A DNA stretch of 32,000 bases from Vibrio cholerae ATCC 14035 (GTDB lineage: Bacteria; Pseudomonadota; Gammaproteobacteria; Enterobacterales; Vibrionaceae). Where the stretch lies: the NCBI RefSeq assembly GCF_000621645.1, contig NZ_JHXR01000001.1, positions 150,001 through 182,000 of the forward strand, read 5' to 3'. The first letter of the stretch is position 1, and each line of letters opens with the position of its first letter. Under the pieces are notes generated by a model. That model saw only the letters and a list, made by a program, of their open reading frames with translations. It did not search any database and was not told the origin of the DNA. Below are positions 10,166-20,441 of the stretch, in pieces. A program made the translations under genes and the position numbers.

Positions 10166-10178
10166 ATGGAGTGAGAGC

Positions 10179-10982
10179 ATGTACTGGGTCAATGGTCAAC
10201 GGCGTAATGAAGTGCCTATTCATGATCGATCATTTCAGTATGGCGATGGTTGCTTCACGACTATACTGACCAAAGAAGGTCAGGTGCAGCAATGGTCCTC
10301 ACATAAGGCGCGATTACAGGCCTGTCTTGATATCTTGCACATACCCGAGCCCAATTGGGATCGGGTATGGCAGGGACTGCAAAGCATGATCCTGCCGCAG
10401 GAGAAAGCTGGACTGAAAATACACATCAGCCGAGGTTTGGGAGGGCGAGGTTACAGTCCTACTCAAGTGAGTGAAAGCATTGTTACTATTAGCGCCTTTG
10501 CTTTTCCTGCCCACTATCAAGCATGGCGTGATAAGGGATTGGCTGTGGGGATTTGTCAGCAGCGAATGGGATTAAATCCTCTGTTGGCGGGGCACAAACA
10601 TAATAATCGACTGGAGCAGATCCTACTCAAACGCGAGATGGATAACGCGGGATGGGATGATGGGGTCTGTTTAGACATCAATGGCAAGGTGATTGAAACC
10701 ACCGCAGCTAATATATTTTGGTGTAGAGATGGGACGATGTTTACACCTTGTTTAAGACATGCCGGAGTCGCCGGTGTTGCGCGTCGACAGATACTCGAAC
10801 TCGCGCAGCAACAAGAGATTCCTATTGTGATTGATGAATTTACGCTGGAAGACCTATTGAGTGCTGAGGAAGTGTTTATTACCAATGCCTTACTTGAGGT
10901 TGCTCCAGTCACACAAATTGGTCAACAACGATTGACGATAGGTAGCATGACGCGACGATTTCAGGAGAGTAGTAATTCGTGA
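10179..10982 (+). CDS. pabC: Aminodeoxychorismate lyase
   Basis: Start placed at ATG 10179 (MYWVNGQ...), after the fabF terminator and a GGAGTGAG SD. Fold-type IV PLP enzyme motifs are present ([20 protein letters not shown]). The position fabF-pabC-mltG is conserved. Confidence 0.85.
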
Positions 10983-11995
10983 TTAAAAAGCGGGTATTGG
11001 TGTTGGTTGCTCTGATCGGTATTGTGGCAGGCAGCTACTTTTATGTTGTTAAGCAGATGGATCAGTATCTGGCTCAGCCTTTGATGATCCAAGAGGCTCA
11101 GCTCGTCACGATCGCCTCAGGGACCACTCTCAGTCGAGAGCTGGCCCAGTTAACCGAACAAGCTTGGATCCAAGATAGCTTTGTTGCCGAATGGGTACGT
11201 CGTTTTCATCCTGAACTCTCCAAAATTAAGGCAGGAACTTACAAGCTACAACCTGATATGTCTTTAGAGCAGGCTTTGGCGCTATTGGTTTCTGGTAAAG
11301 AGCATCAATTTTCCATCACCTTCGTGGAGGGCAGTCGTTTTCAAGAGTGGCGGGATATCCTCGCAAGCAACGAAAACATCACCCAGCAACTGACGGGTCT
11401 GACTGAAATCGATATTGCGAAGGCTTTAGGCATTGAGCATGAAAAGCTGGAAGGTTTGTTTCTTGCCGAAACGTATCATTTTACGAAAGGAACCAGCGAT
11501 GTAGAGATCCTCAAACGAGCTAATCAGAAATTGGAAAAGTTTCTACAAGTGACTTGGGAGCATCGCCAAGAGGGACTGCCGATCCAGACGCCTTATGAGG
11601 CCTTAATCCTTGCCTCGATCATTGAAAAAGAAACCTCAATTGCCGAGGAACGCGAACGCATTGCGGCCGTTTTCATTAATCGTTTGAATAAGCGCATGCG
11701 CTTACAAACGGATCCAACGGTGATTTACGGGATGGGAGAGACCTACGATGGCAATATCCGTAAGAAAGATTTGCGTGCCCGTACACCATATAACACTTAT
11801 GTGATCAATGGGTTACCTCCAACGCCTATCGCAATGCCCGGAGAAGCGTCAATTTATGCCGCACTCAATCCTGAACAGAGTGATTATCTTTACTTTGTGG
11901 CAAGCGGTGAGGGTGGACACAATTTCTCTAAGACACTCGCAGATCATAACCGTGCTGTGCGTGCTTATCTCAAAAAACTTAGAACAAAACAATGA
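10979..11995 (+). CDS. mltG: Endolytic murein transglycosylase MltG (YceG)
   Basis: 338-aa ORF whose GTG start overlaps the pabC stop (GTGA). It has an N-terminal TM helix and YceG-family motifs ([33 protein letters not shown]). Confidence 0.9.
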
Positions 11996-12630
11996 ACGCA
12001 AAATTTATCGTAATTGAAGGTCTTGAAGGGGCGGGCAAAAGCACGGCGATTCAAGTGGTGGTAGAAACCTTACAGCAAAATGGGATTGATCACATCACTC
12101 GCACTCGTGAACCCGGCGGTACGCTGCTGGCTGAGAAGCTGCGCGCGTTAGTGAAAGAAGAGCACCCGGGCGAAGAGCTTCAAGATATTACTGAGTTACT
12201 CTTGGTGTATGCCGCGCGAGTACAACTGGTGGAAAATGTTATTAAACCCGCGTTAGCAAGAGGTGAGTGGGTGGTCGGTGATCGCCATGATATGTCTTCT
12301 CAAGCTTATCAAGGTGGTGGCCGACAAATTGCACCAAGCACGATGCAAAGCCTCAAACAGACCGCGCTTGGGGATTTCAAACCCGACTTAACCTTATATT
12401 TGGATATCGACCCTAAGCTTGGTTTGGAACGTGCTCGCGGCCGTGGTGAGTTGGATCGCATTGAAAAAATGGACATCAGCTTTTTTGAGCGTGCTCGTGA
12501 GCGTTACCTTGAATTAGCCAATAGCGATGATTCTGTGGTTATGATTGATGCAGCACAGTCGATTGAACAGGTCACGGCCGATATTCGTCGTGCTTTACAA
12601 GATTGGTTGAGTCAAGTTAACCGTGTCTAA
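11992..12630 (+). CDS. tmk: Thymidylate kinase
   Basis: 212-aa ORF with an ATGA overlap with mltG. P-loop is [11 protein letters not shown], and the DRH motif is [13 protein letters not shown]. Confidence 0.95.
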
Positions 12631-13597
12631 TCTCAATTCTCTTTACCCTTGGTTAGTTCCCGTTTGGCAGCCTTGGCAAGCGGGATTAGCTGCAGGAAAA
12701 ATCTCGTCAGCGACGTTAATTCAGGCATCAGAAGGAGTAGGCGTTGAGAGTTTGGTTGAACTCATGGCCCGCACCTTGATGTGTACGAGTAGCCAAAGTG
12801 AGCCATGCGGTTTTTGCCATAGTTGCGGTCTAATGCAATCGGGAAATCATCCCGACTTTCATGTTGTTAAGCCTGAAAAGATCGGGAAATCGATCACGGT
12901 GGAGCAAATTCGCCAGATGAATCGTATCGCCCAAGAGTCGTCCCAGCTCTCCGGTTATCGCTTGATTGTGATTGAGCCTGCCGATGCGATGAATGAATCT
13001 TCCGCCAACGCGCTACTGAAAACGCTCGAAGAGCCTGCACCAAACTGTCTATTTATTTTGGTTACCTCTCGGATTAAGCATCTTTTGCCGACGATAGTTA
13101 GCCGTTGCCAAAGATTAGTGCTCCCTGCGCCAACCACTGCGTTGGTGGTTGAGTGGCTAAAAGGGCAGGGGATCACGACGCCTGCTTACGCCTTACATCT
13201 TTGCGCAGATTCACCGCTCAAAACCCGTGCCTTTATGCTAGAAGGGGGCGCGGAAAAATATCATGAGCTTGAAAGCCAACTGATGAATGCGCTGAGTGGC
13301 GATGTGAATGCGCAACTTAAATGTATCGCACTCATCGATGCCGATCTGACCACGCATTTGTATTGGGTTTGGTGTGTTTTGACCGATGCGCAAAAAATTC
13401 ACTTTGGTGTGCAGCAAGACTATTATCCCCCAGCAAGTGCCGCATTAGCTGGCCGTTTTACCTATTCTAAACTTCATGTGCAGACAGCGAGCTTGGAAAG
13501 GCTGATGGAACAATTGAACCAGTTCAGTGGATTGAATACAGAACTGCTGTTGCTGCAATGGTTATATCAATTTAGTGATGAGGAAACATGTTTGTAG
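12623..13597 (+). CDS. holB: DNA polymerase III delta-prime subunit
   Basis: 324-aa ORF whose GTG start overlaps the tmk end by 8 nt. It begins LYPWL and has a Zn module ([18 protein letters not shown]), [12 protein letters not shown], and SRCQ. Confidence 0.9.
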   Translation: MSNLNSLYPWLVPVWQPWQAGLAAGKISSATLIQASEGVGVESLVELMARTLMCTSSQSEPCGFCHSCGLMQSGNHPDFHVVKPEKIGKSITVEQIRQMNRIAQESSQLSGYRLIVIEPADAMNESSANALLKTLEEPAPNCLFILVTSRIKHLLPTIVSRCQRLVLPAPTTALVVEWLKGQGITTPAYALHLCADSPLKTRAFMLEGGAEKYHELESQLMNALSGDVNAQLKCIALIDADLTTHLYWVWCVLTDAQKIHFGVQQDYYPPASAALAGRFTYSKLHVQTASLERLMEQLNQFSGLNTELLLLQWLYQFSDEETCL

Positions 13598-14355
13598 ATT
13601 CTCATTGTCATCTCGACAAGTTGGATTACCAAGACTTACACGCGGATGTCAGCGATGTGCTCGACAAAGCGCACCAAGCCAAAGTGGAATATTTACTCTC
13701 GGTTGGCGTTACGCTTGATTCTTTCCCTAAGATGCTCGCGATGATCGAGCCTTTCTCGCAAGTGTATGCTTCTTGTGGTGTGCATCCACTGGATGTGCAG
13801 AGTGATTTCTCGCTCGACCTTTTCCACCAATATGCACAGCATCCTCGAGTGGTTGCGATTGGCGAAACGGGGTTGGATTATCATTACCAACCTGAAACCG
13901 CCGATTTACAAAAACTGCGTTTTCGGCAGCAGATTGAGACTGCAGTGGCTCTGAATAAACCGCTGATCATTCATACTCGTAATGCTCAACAAGATACTCT
14001 TCAATTACTGAGAGAAGGAAAAGCGCAGCAGTGTGGTGGTGTGATTCACTGTTTCACAGAGGATCTTGCTTTTGCTCAAGCTGCGATGGAGCTGGGATTC
14101 TACATCTCTATTTCAGGGATTGTGACTTTCCGACAAGCAACCGATCTTAAAGAGGTCGTGAAAGCCTTACCTCTGGATCGTCTTTTGATTGAAACGGATT
14201 CACCTTATCTCGCCCCAGTACCGCATCGTGGTAAAGAGAACCAACCTGCTTATGTGGTCGAAGTCGCTGCCTATATTGCCGCTCTAAAAGGCGTTTCTTT
14301 GACAGAAGTTGCGCAAAAAACAACACAAAATTTTCAAAATCTTTTTTTGCGATGA
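13588..14355 (+). CDS. ycfH: TatD-family metal-dependent hydrolase YcfH
   Basis: 255-aa ORF beginning [10 protein letters not shown], with GETGLDY, IHTR, and ETDSPYLAP. It overlaps the holB end by 10 nt. Confidence 0.9.
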   Translation: MFVDSHCHLDKLDYQDLHADVSDVLDKAHQAKVEYLLSVGVTLDSFPKMLAMIEPFSQVYASCGVHPLDVQSDFSLDLFHQYAQHPRVVAIGETGLDYHYQPETADLQKLRFRQQIETAVALNKPLIIHTRNAQQDTLQLLREGKAQQCGGVIHCFTEDLAFAQAAMELGFYISISGIVTFRQATDLKEVVKALPLDRLLIETDSPYLAPVPHRGKENQPAYVVEVAAYIAALKGVSLTEVAQKTTQNFQNLFLR

Positions 14356-14370
14356 AAATCATATTTAGAT

Positions 14371-14399
14371 AAAAAAGCGAGCGTTTGCTCGCTTTTTTA
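14371..14399 (+). terminator. Intrinsic terminator after ycfH
   Basis: aaaaaAGCGAGC-gttt-GCTCGCTtttttt. Confidence 0.85.
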
Positions 14400-14699
14400 T
14401 TCGTCAAATAAATAAGAAATTCTAAATAAGCAGGTGTTTACTGTATTTGTTGAAAAATAGAGCGGAATTCCTCAAATTGTAATTTTGTTACTAAAAATAA
14501 CATGCATATCTATTTTATTTACCCAGTAAAATTAATGCTATCAATAATTAGTTTTATACAAAACATATGTTTAGGTTGATTTTTGAGTTGAAAATGAAAG
14601 GTTGCCGATTGTGATCTAATTAGTAATTTGAAACTTAATTTCGTCGCAAACTAGAAAATTTGAGGGGTATCAAGATATATTTAGAGCCGGAAAATATAA

Positions 14700-16229
<1,530 letters not shown>

Positions 16230-16250
16230 TCTCATTCTTCCCCCTAGAGA

Positions 16251-16277
16251 AAAGGAGACCTTAGGTCTCCTTTTTTA
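16251..16277. terminator. Bidirectional intrinsic terminator shared by ptsG and the convergent NSS operon
   Basis: aaaGGAGACC-tta-GGTCTCCtttttt, with A-run and T-run flanks on both sides. Confidence 0.85.
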
Positions 16278-16283
16278 TGTTTT

Positions 16284-16314
16284 GAGGAATCTGCCATTGA
16301 TCCACAGATTCCTC
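16284..16314. other. 10-bp perfect inverted repeat (hairpin) between the terminator and the NSS small-subunit ORF
   Basis: GAGGAATCTG (16284-16293), an 11-nt loop, and CAGATTCCTC (16305-16314). No adjacent U-run on either strand. Confidence 0.4.
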
Positions 16315-16340
16315 GTCGTTCTGTATCCGTCTTTACGTGG

Positions 16341-16442
16341 TTAGGATGAAGCCTTGTCCATCGCTTTCTTTATGCAGATGGCTGCGCCACCCCATGTGAT
16401 CCCAAGACCGATAATCATCATGATAATTGCACTGAATGTCAT
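16341..16442 (-). CDS. 33-aa hydrophobic peptide, candidate MetS-like small subunit of the NSS transporter
   Basis: Absent from the ORF track. The minus-strand ATG (16442-16440) overlaps the transporter stop as TAATG. Translation is MTFSAIIMMIIGLGITWGGAAICIKKAMDKASS: one TM helix, a WGG motif and a basic tail. Stop TAA is at 16343-16341. Confidence 0.6.
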   Translation of the reverse strand: MTFSAIIMMIIGLGITWGGAAICIKKAMDKASS

Positions 16443-17902
16443 TAGTATGCTTCCTTACGTGAGCTTGCATTGATCAGAATCCCGATCACCAATAGCGCAG
16501 CGATAATCGCCCAGCCAAGTGTTAAATCGTAGCCACCGTAACCTTCGGTGAAGAGAGCTTGCAGTTTAGTAGCGACGATAATCGCTAAGATAACGGGTGA
16601 AACAAAGCGCAGGCAGATATCAAACCAAACCCCAACGCTAAAATCAGAGATGCTGTTGACGTATTTACGAACATCAGAAATCTTCAATAGCCAAGTCATC
16701 AATACCAGTTCCACCAAACAGCTGGCCATGATGCCCACGTTGTTCGCAAAGTGGTCAACCAAATCCAGTAGTAGCAAGCCCCCATTGGTTGCAAAAGCCA
16801 TGGAAACTAAAAAGCCAATACCAATAACGATGTTTGCGGCTTTCTTACGGCTCCAACCGAGCTTATCAATCAGCGCAGAGGTGACGGCTTCCATGATGGA
16901 AATGTGTGAGCTCAAACCTGCAACAACCAAGGCTAAGAAGAACAAAGGACCTAAGATGTATGGGATTGGCAACAAGTTGATCGCCGCTGGTAAGGTAACA
17001 AAAGCAAGACCAACACCGGCTGAAACGACTTCCGTCAATGGTTTTCCTTGTTCTTGAGCCATATAGCCCAATACCGAAAAGATCATGATCCCAGCCAGTA
17101 CGGAGAAACCACAGTTGATCAACACGGTCATAAAGGCGTTGTTGGTAATATCGGATTTCTCAGGTAAGTAGCTTGAATACGCTAGCATGATTGCGAAGCC
17201 GATACTCAGAGTAAAGAAAATCTGCCCATAAGCGGCTGCCCAAACTTTTACATCCCAGATTTTGCTGAAATCGGGCTGGAACATATAGTTCACGCCATCC
17301 AATGCACCGGGTAGGAAGATCATGCGAGCGATCAGAATCAGCACCATGATAAATAGAATCGGCATCATGATTTTTGATGCACGTTCAATGCCTTTTTTAA
17401 CCCCACCCACAATGGCTACATAAGTGATGACCCAAGCAATCAACATAGCAAATGCAATGTGCCATTGAATGCTGCCTAAATTTGTGGGCGAGTTATCTCC
17501 TAACTTCAGGTATTCGCTGAAGAAATAAGCGTTAGTGTCGCTGCCCCAACTCTGGGTAAACGACATACCAAAGTAGGAAATAGCCCAACCAATCACTGCG
17601 ACATAATAAACAGCAATGACGGCTGCGATCCCAACTTGGAACCAGCCTAACCACTCAAATTTTGAGTGAATTTTGGCGAGTGTCGTTGGCGCTGAACCCC
17701 GATGTTTCTGACCCATACTGAACTCTAGGATCATAAACGGAATGCCTGCAGTGACCATGGCGAAAAGATAAGGGATGAAAAATGCACCCCCACCATTTTC
17801 ATAGGCCATATAAGGGAAACGCCAGATGTTACCAAGGCCAATTGCTGACCCTACGGCGGCTAATACGAATCCAACACGGGATCCCCATTGTTCTCGCTTC
17901 AT
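16442..17902 (-). CDS. Sodium-dependent transporter, neurotransmitter:sodium symporter (NSS/SNF) family
   Basis: Start placed at ATG 17902 (MKREQWGSRVGFVLAAVGSAIGLGNIWRFPY...) behind an AAGGAG SD. The 41 codons upstream in the ORF-track frame look non-coding. The protein is multi-TM with the NSS signature GLGNIWRFPY. Confidence 0.9.
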   Translation of the reverse strand: MKREQWGSRVGFVLAAVGSAIGLGNIWRFPYMAYENGGGAFFIPYLFAMVTAGIPFMILEFSMGQKHRGSAPTTLAKIHSKFEWLGWFQVGIAAVIAVYYVAVIGWAISYFGMSFTQSWGSDTNAYFFSEYLKLGDNSPTNLGSIQWHIAFAMLIAWVITYVAIVGGVKKGIERASKIMMPILFIMVLILIARMIFLPGALDGVNYMFQPDFSKIWDVKVWAAAYGQIFFTLSIGFAIMLAYSSYLPEKSDITNNAFMTVLINCGFSVLAGIMIFSVLGYMAQEQGKPLTEVVSAGVGLAFVTLPAAINLLPIPYILGPLFFLALVVAGLSSHISIMEAVTSALIDKLGWSRKKAANIVIGIGFLVSMAFATNGGLLLLDLVDHFANNVGIMASCLVELVLMTWLLKISDVRKYVNSISDFSVGVWFDICLRFVSPVILAIIVATKLQALFTEGYGGYDLTLGWAIIAALLVIGILINASSRKEAY

Positions 17903-18313
17903 AAACAACTCCTTGTAATATCCTAGGGTATGAAGCTTTTCGTCAGCAGTCGCTGAATCTGGGGGAAAAGGAGGCAAAGTTATCCGTACAATATTTGCGC
18001 GGCCAACTTTTGCTCTATCATCCATGATTCCGCAAAAAGTTAGTTATATATATTGGTTGCTGTCCGAAAACCTAGAATTTAATTCTTAGTTACGCGATGT
18101 GTGTTTGCGAAATCTGAAATAATCAGCTACGCAATGGTTCGAGACTACCGTTTTATTTTGTAGGTGGCAATAGATTATATAGGTTGCTCGTTTGTTAATT
18201 GTAGGTTGTATTCTTTGGGTTTGGGTGACTTTATCGAGGATTATGGTGTCTGATTGGTGAGAGTTAGTGAATCTCACTGAGATCGGTAAATTGAACTGAT
18301 AGAACTATCTAAT

Positions 18314-18351
18314 ATAAAAGAAAGAGTGTCTGTCTAAAAAACAGCCACCCT
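18314..18351 (-). terminator. Probable intrinsic terminator of the 196-aa OMP gene
   Basis: The minus strand reads AGGGTGGCTG-ttttttaga-CAGACACTCT followed by ttcttttat. The 10-bp stem has one mismatch and one G-U pair. Confidence 0.5.
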
Positions 18352-18408
18352 TTAGAGGATATGCCCAGTTTTGCGAGTTTGTTAAAAATTGGGACTAAAA
18401 AGCGGTCA

Positions 18409-18999
18409 TCAGAAGCGAATGGTAAACCCGACATAGGCTGTGGCTTGGTTTAGCCAATCGGACTTAAATTTCACCACGCAGCTTTCTGACGAAGGCAGGG
18501 TGCATATCGCGCTTGAATCATTATCAACCATGGTGCCCAACCAGCGTAATTGAGCATTCAGTGCGACGTTGGAGGCAATGCGGTATTCAACACCACCAAA
18601 TGCACTAGCAGAAAAACCGAATTTCTTATCTGCCCATGCTACATCGGTATAAGCTCCGCCAATACCTAGGCCAATGAAGGAAGAGAGCTTTTCTGCTACT
18701 GGATAGTAAATGCTGCTTTGAAAATGCAGATAATGAATAGAGGCATCTTGATTGACTAAAGTTTGGACTTCGGTAGGTTCCGTAGAATAAAACAAGCCAA
18801 TTCGGCCGTTGTCGTAGGTAGTTTCAATAGCTAAAGCGTAGCTGCTGGAGTTCTCAAGATCATATTGACGGCCAGCTTGATCGAGAACTTTGCCTCCCAA
18901 AGTGTAACCGACGGAAGGCGTCACCATCCACTCAGCAGCAGAAAGTGGCGCAAAAAGCAGAAATAACGTGTTGAGAATAAATAGATTTATTTGACGCAT
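18409..18999 (-). CDS. Outer-membrane beta-barrel protein (small OMP, function unknown)
   Basis: 196 aa. Signal peptide MRQINLFILNTLFLLFAPLSA/AEW, alternating beta-strand pattern, aromatic girdle residues, and a C-terminal ...YVGFTIRF with terminal Phe. An AGGA SD precedes the start. Confidence 0.75.
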   Translation of the reverse strand: MRQINLFILNTLFLLFAPLSAAEWMVTPSVGYTLGGKVLDQAGRQYDLENSSSYALAIETTYDNGRIGLFYSTEPTEVQTLVNQDASIHYLHFQSSIYYPVAEKLSSFIGLGIGGAYTDVAWADKKFGFSASAFGGVEYRIASNVALNAQLRWLGTMVDNDSSAICTLPSSESCVVKFKSDWLNQATAYVGFTIRF

Positions 19000-19134
19000 A
19001 TGCAGATCCTAGCCAAGTGTTTGACGACCAAGGTATTGTGATAGTAACTGCATAATCGTGCACGAAAAATCAGCAAATCTTGAAGATACTTCACACCGAT
19101 GTTATTACTTTGTTGTATAACCAAGGAGGTTTCT

Positions 19135-19224
19135 ATGGAACAAGATCTGAAGTTTGCGCTAGCAATTGTTGCGATCACCTTCACTGTGCTGATCGGCTTT
19201 GGAGTGATTGCAATTACACACTAG
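19135..19224 (+). CDS. 29-aa small membrane protein, YnhF-like
   Basis: Absent from the ORF track. A strong AGGAGG SD lies 5 nt before ATG 19135. Translation is MEQDLKFALAIVAITFTVLIGFGVIAITH. From memory this resembles E. coli YnhF in length, the DLKF motif, the single TM helix and the C-terminal H. Confidence 0.6.
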   Translation: MEQDLKFALAIVAITFTVLIGFGVIAITH

Positions 19225-19242
19225 TCTTGGGTGGTCCTGCAA

Positions 19243-20400
19243 ATGAAGAGTGGTGGAGTTGTTTCTGATGCAAGGACTGAGCTCGATACTCAGCGTCTAG
19301 CCAAATACATTGGTGGTAAACATGCACTGGTTGCCCAAGGGGGCGGCCAAAGAGGTATTTTTACGGCTGGTGTACTGGACGCTTTTCTATTATCTAATTT
19401 TGACCCTTACCATGAGTTTTATGGCACTTCAGCAGGTGCCTTGAATTTGTGCGCCTTTTTATCTCGCCAAACCGGGTTAAGTAAAGCCTTTATTTTAGAG
19501 CTGACCACTCGCGCAGAGTTTTTCCATCTATTTAGCTACATCCGACGTAAACAATATATGAATATGCAGTGGGCGCTGGATCGGATCGGTGAATACCCTT
19601 ATCGCTTAGATTTGGACATGGCACGTCAGGCTTTAGGTAAGCGCAAGGCTTATGCGGCAGTCACATCTGCGGATGACTTAAAAGATGCTTATTTTCCTAT
19701 GTTAGGCGCAGATTGGCAGCAAGTACTTTTAGCGACCTGTGCGATCCCTGGCCTTTATCCTGAGCCTGTTACGCTTGCGGGTAAGCAATATATTGATGGG
19801 GGTGTTTCAGCATCAATTCCGGTGCAAGAAGCGTGGCGTAAAGAGGCTCGCTTTATCACGGTGATCCGCACTGAATTTATGTCGAAGGAGGAAGAAACGC
19901 CATCTCCCTCAGCGACGGAATTACCACTGTGGTTGCGTGAGCCACTGAACCATCTTCAACACCAGCTACAGCATAAGTGGTCAGGATGGCGTCAAGAGTG
20001 GAATGAATTCCTGCAACAACAAAAGCTGCGTGCAAAAGAGCAGAAAAAAGAGCAGAAACATCTGGATGCCCTGAATGGTGGGCGCTGGTTATTTGGGGCT
20101 GATGATATTTATCGGCTCAGTCATTTATTGGGTAGCAAGTTTGATGCGGGGCTGGCGGATTTATTAATGGTCCACTATCAAACCTATACGCTGACTTCTG
20201 AGTTTCTTGACGCACATCATGACGATACATTTATCGCGCAAATTATGCCAAGTGAGCCTTTGCACTCGAATTCGTTATTGAGTTCACCAGAGGCGCTGCA
20301 ATATGACTATGAGCTAGGACTGAAAGCGGGTTACCGCTTTTTAAAAGCGTATAGTGAAGCTGAGACTTTCCGCAAGGAACTCCCCCGCAATCTGATGTGA
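19243..20400 (+). CDS. Patatin-like phospholipase, YjjU-like
   Basis: Oxyanion motif GGGQRGIF, nucleophile elbow GTSAGA, and catalytic Asp in YIDGGVSASIPV. The start is ambiguous: GTG 19231 (ORF track) or ATG 19243. Confidence 0.85.
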   Translation: MKSGGVVSDARTELDTQRLAKYIGGKHALVAQGGGQRGIFTAGVLDAFLLSNFDPYHEFYGTSAGALNLCAFLSRQTGLSKAFILELTTRAEFFHLFSYIRRKQYMNMQWALDRIGEYPYRLDLDMARQALGKRKAYAAVTSADDLKDAYFPMLGADWQQVLLATCAIPGLYPEPVTLAGKQYIDGGVSASIPVQEAWRKEARFITVIRTEFMSKEEETPSPSATELPLWLREPLNHLQHQLQHKWSGWRQEWNEFLQQQKLRAKEQKKEQKHLDALNGGRWLFGADDIYRLSHLLGSKFDAGLADLLMVHYQTYTLTSEFLDAHHDDTFIAQIMPSEPLHSNSLLSSPEALQYDYELGLKAGYRFLKAYSEAETFRKELPRNLM

Positions 20401-20407
20401 GGTAAAG

Positions 20408-20433
20408 AGAAGAAGGCTATGCAGCCTTCTTCT
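20408..20433. terminator. Bidirectional terminator hairpin between convergent patatin gene and pykA
   Basis: AGAAGAAGGCT-atgc-AGCCTTCTTCT is an 11-bp perfect stem. The arms are themselves purine-rich and pyrimidine-rich. Confidence 0.7.
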
Positions 20434-20441
20434 TGCGATGA

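Noticed and set aside
10979-14355. Chain of 4- to 10-nt start/stop overlaps in pabC-mltG-tmk-holB-ycfH as something unusual
   Set aside because: This is ordinary translational coupling, conserved in this operon across gamma-proteobacteria.
14439-14458. TACTGTAT left half of a LexA (SOS) box upstream of ptsG
   Set aside because: The right half lacks the required CAG at the correct spacing, so this is only a half-site in AT-rich DNA.
17903-18025. 41-codon N-terminal extension of the NSS transporter ORF (MDDRAKVGRANIVRITLPPFPP...)
   Set aside because: An AAGGAG SD sits in front of the internal ATG at 17902. The NSS fold begins right there (REQWGSRVGFVLA...), and the extension is non-hydrophobic and overlaps a plausible promoter.
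18131-18150. GGTTCGAG motif reminiscent of a tRNA T-arm (possible tRNA fragment or attachment site)
   Set aside because: The flanks do not form T-stem, acceptor or anticodon arms on either strand.
19080-19268. 62-aa ORF overlapping the ynhF-like peptide gene
   Set aside because: It is in a different frame, has no SD and has Cys/His-rich nonsense-like composition. The 29-codon ORF with AGGAGG is the better explanation.
19243-20400. Patatin as the effector of a CBASS or other anti-phage system
   Set aside because: There is no cyclase, sensor, NTPase or other defence partner nearby. The neighbours are housekeeping genes, and the protein resembles the widespread stand-alone YjjU type.
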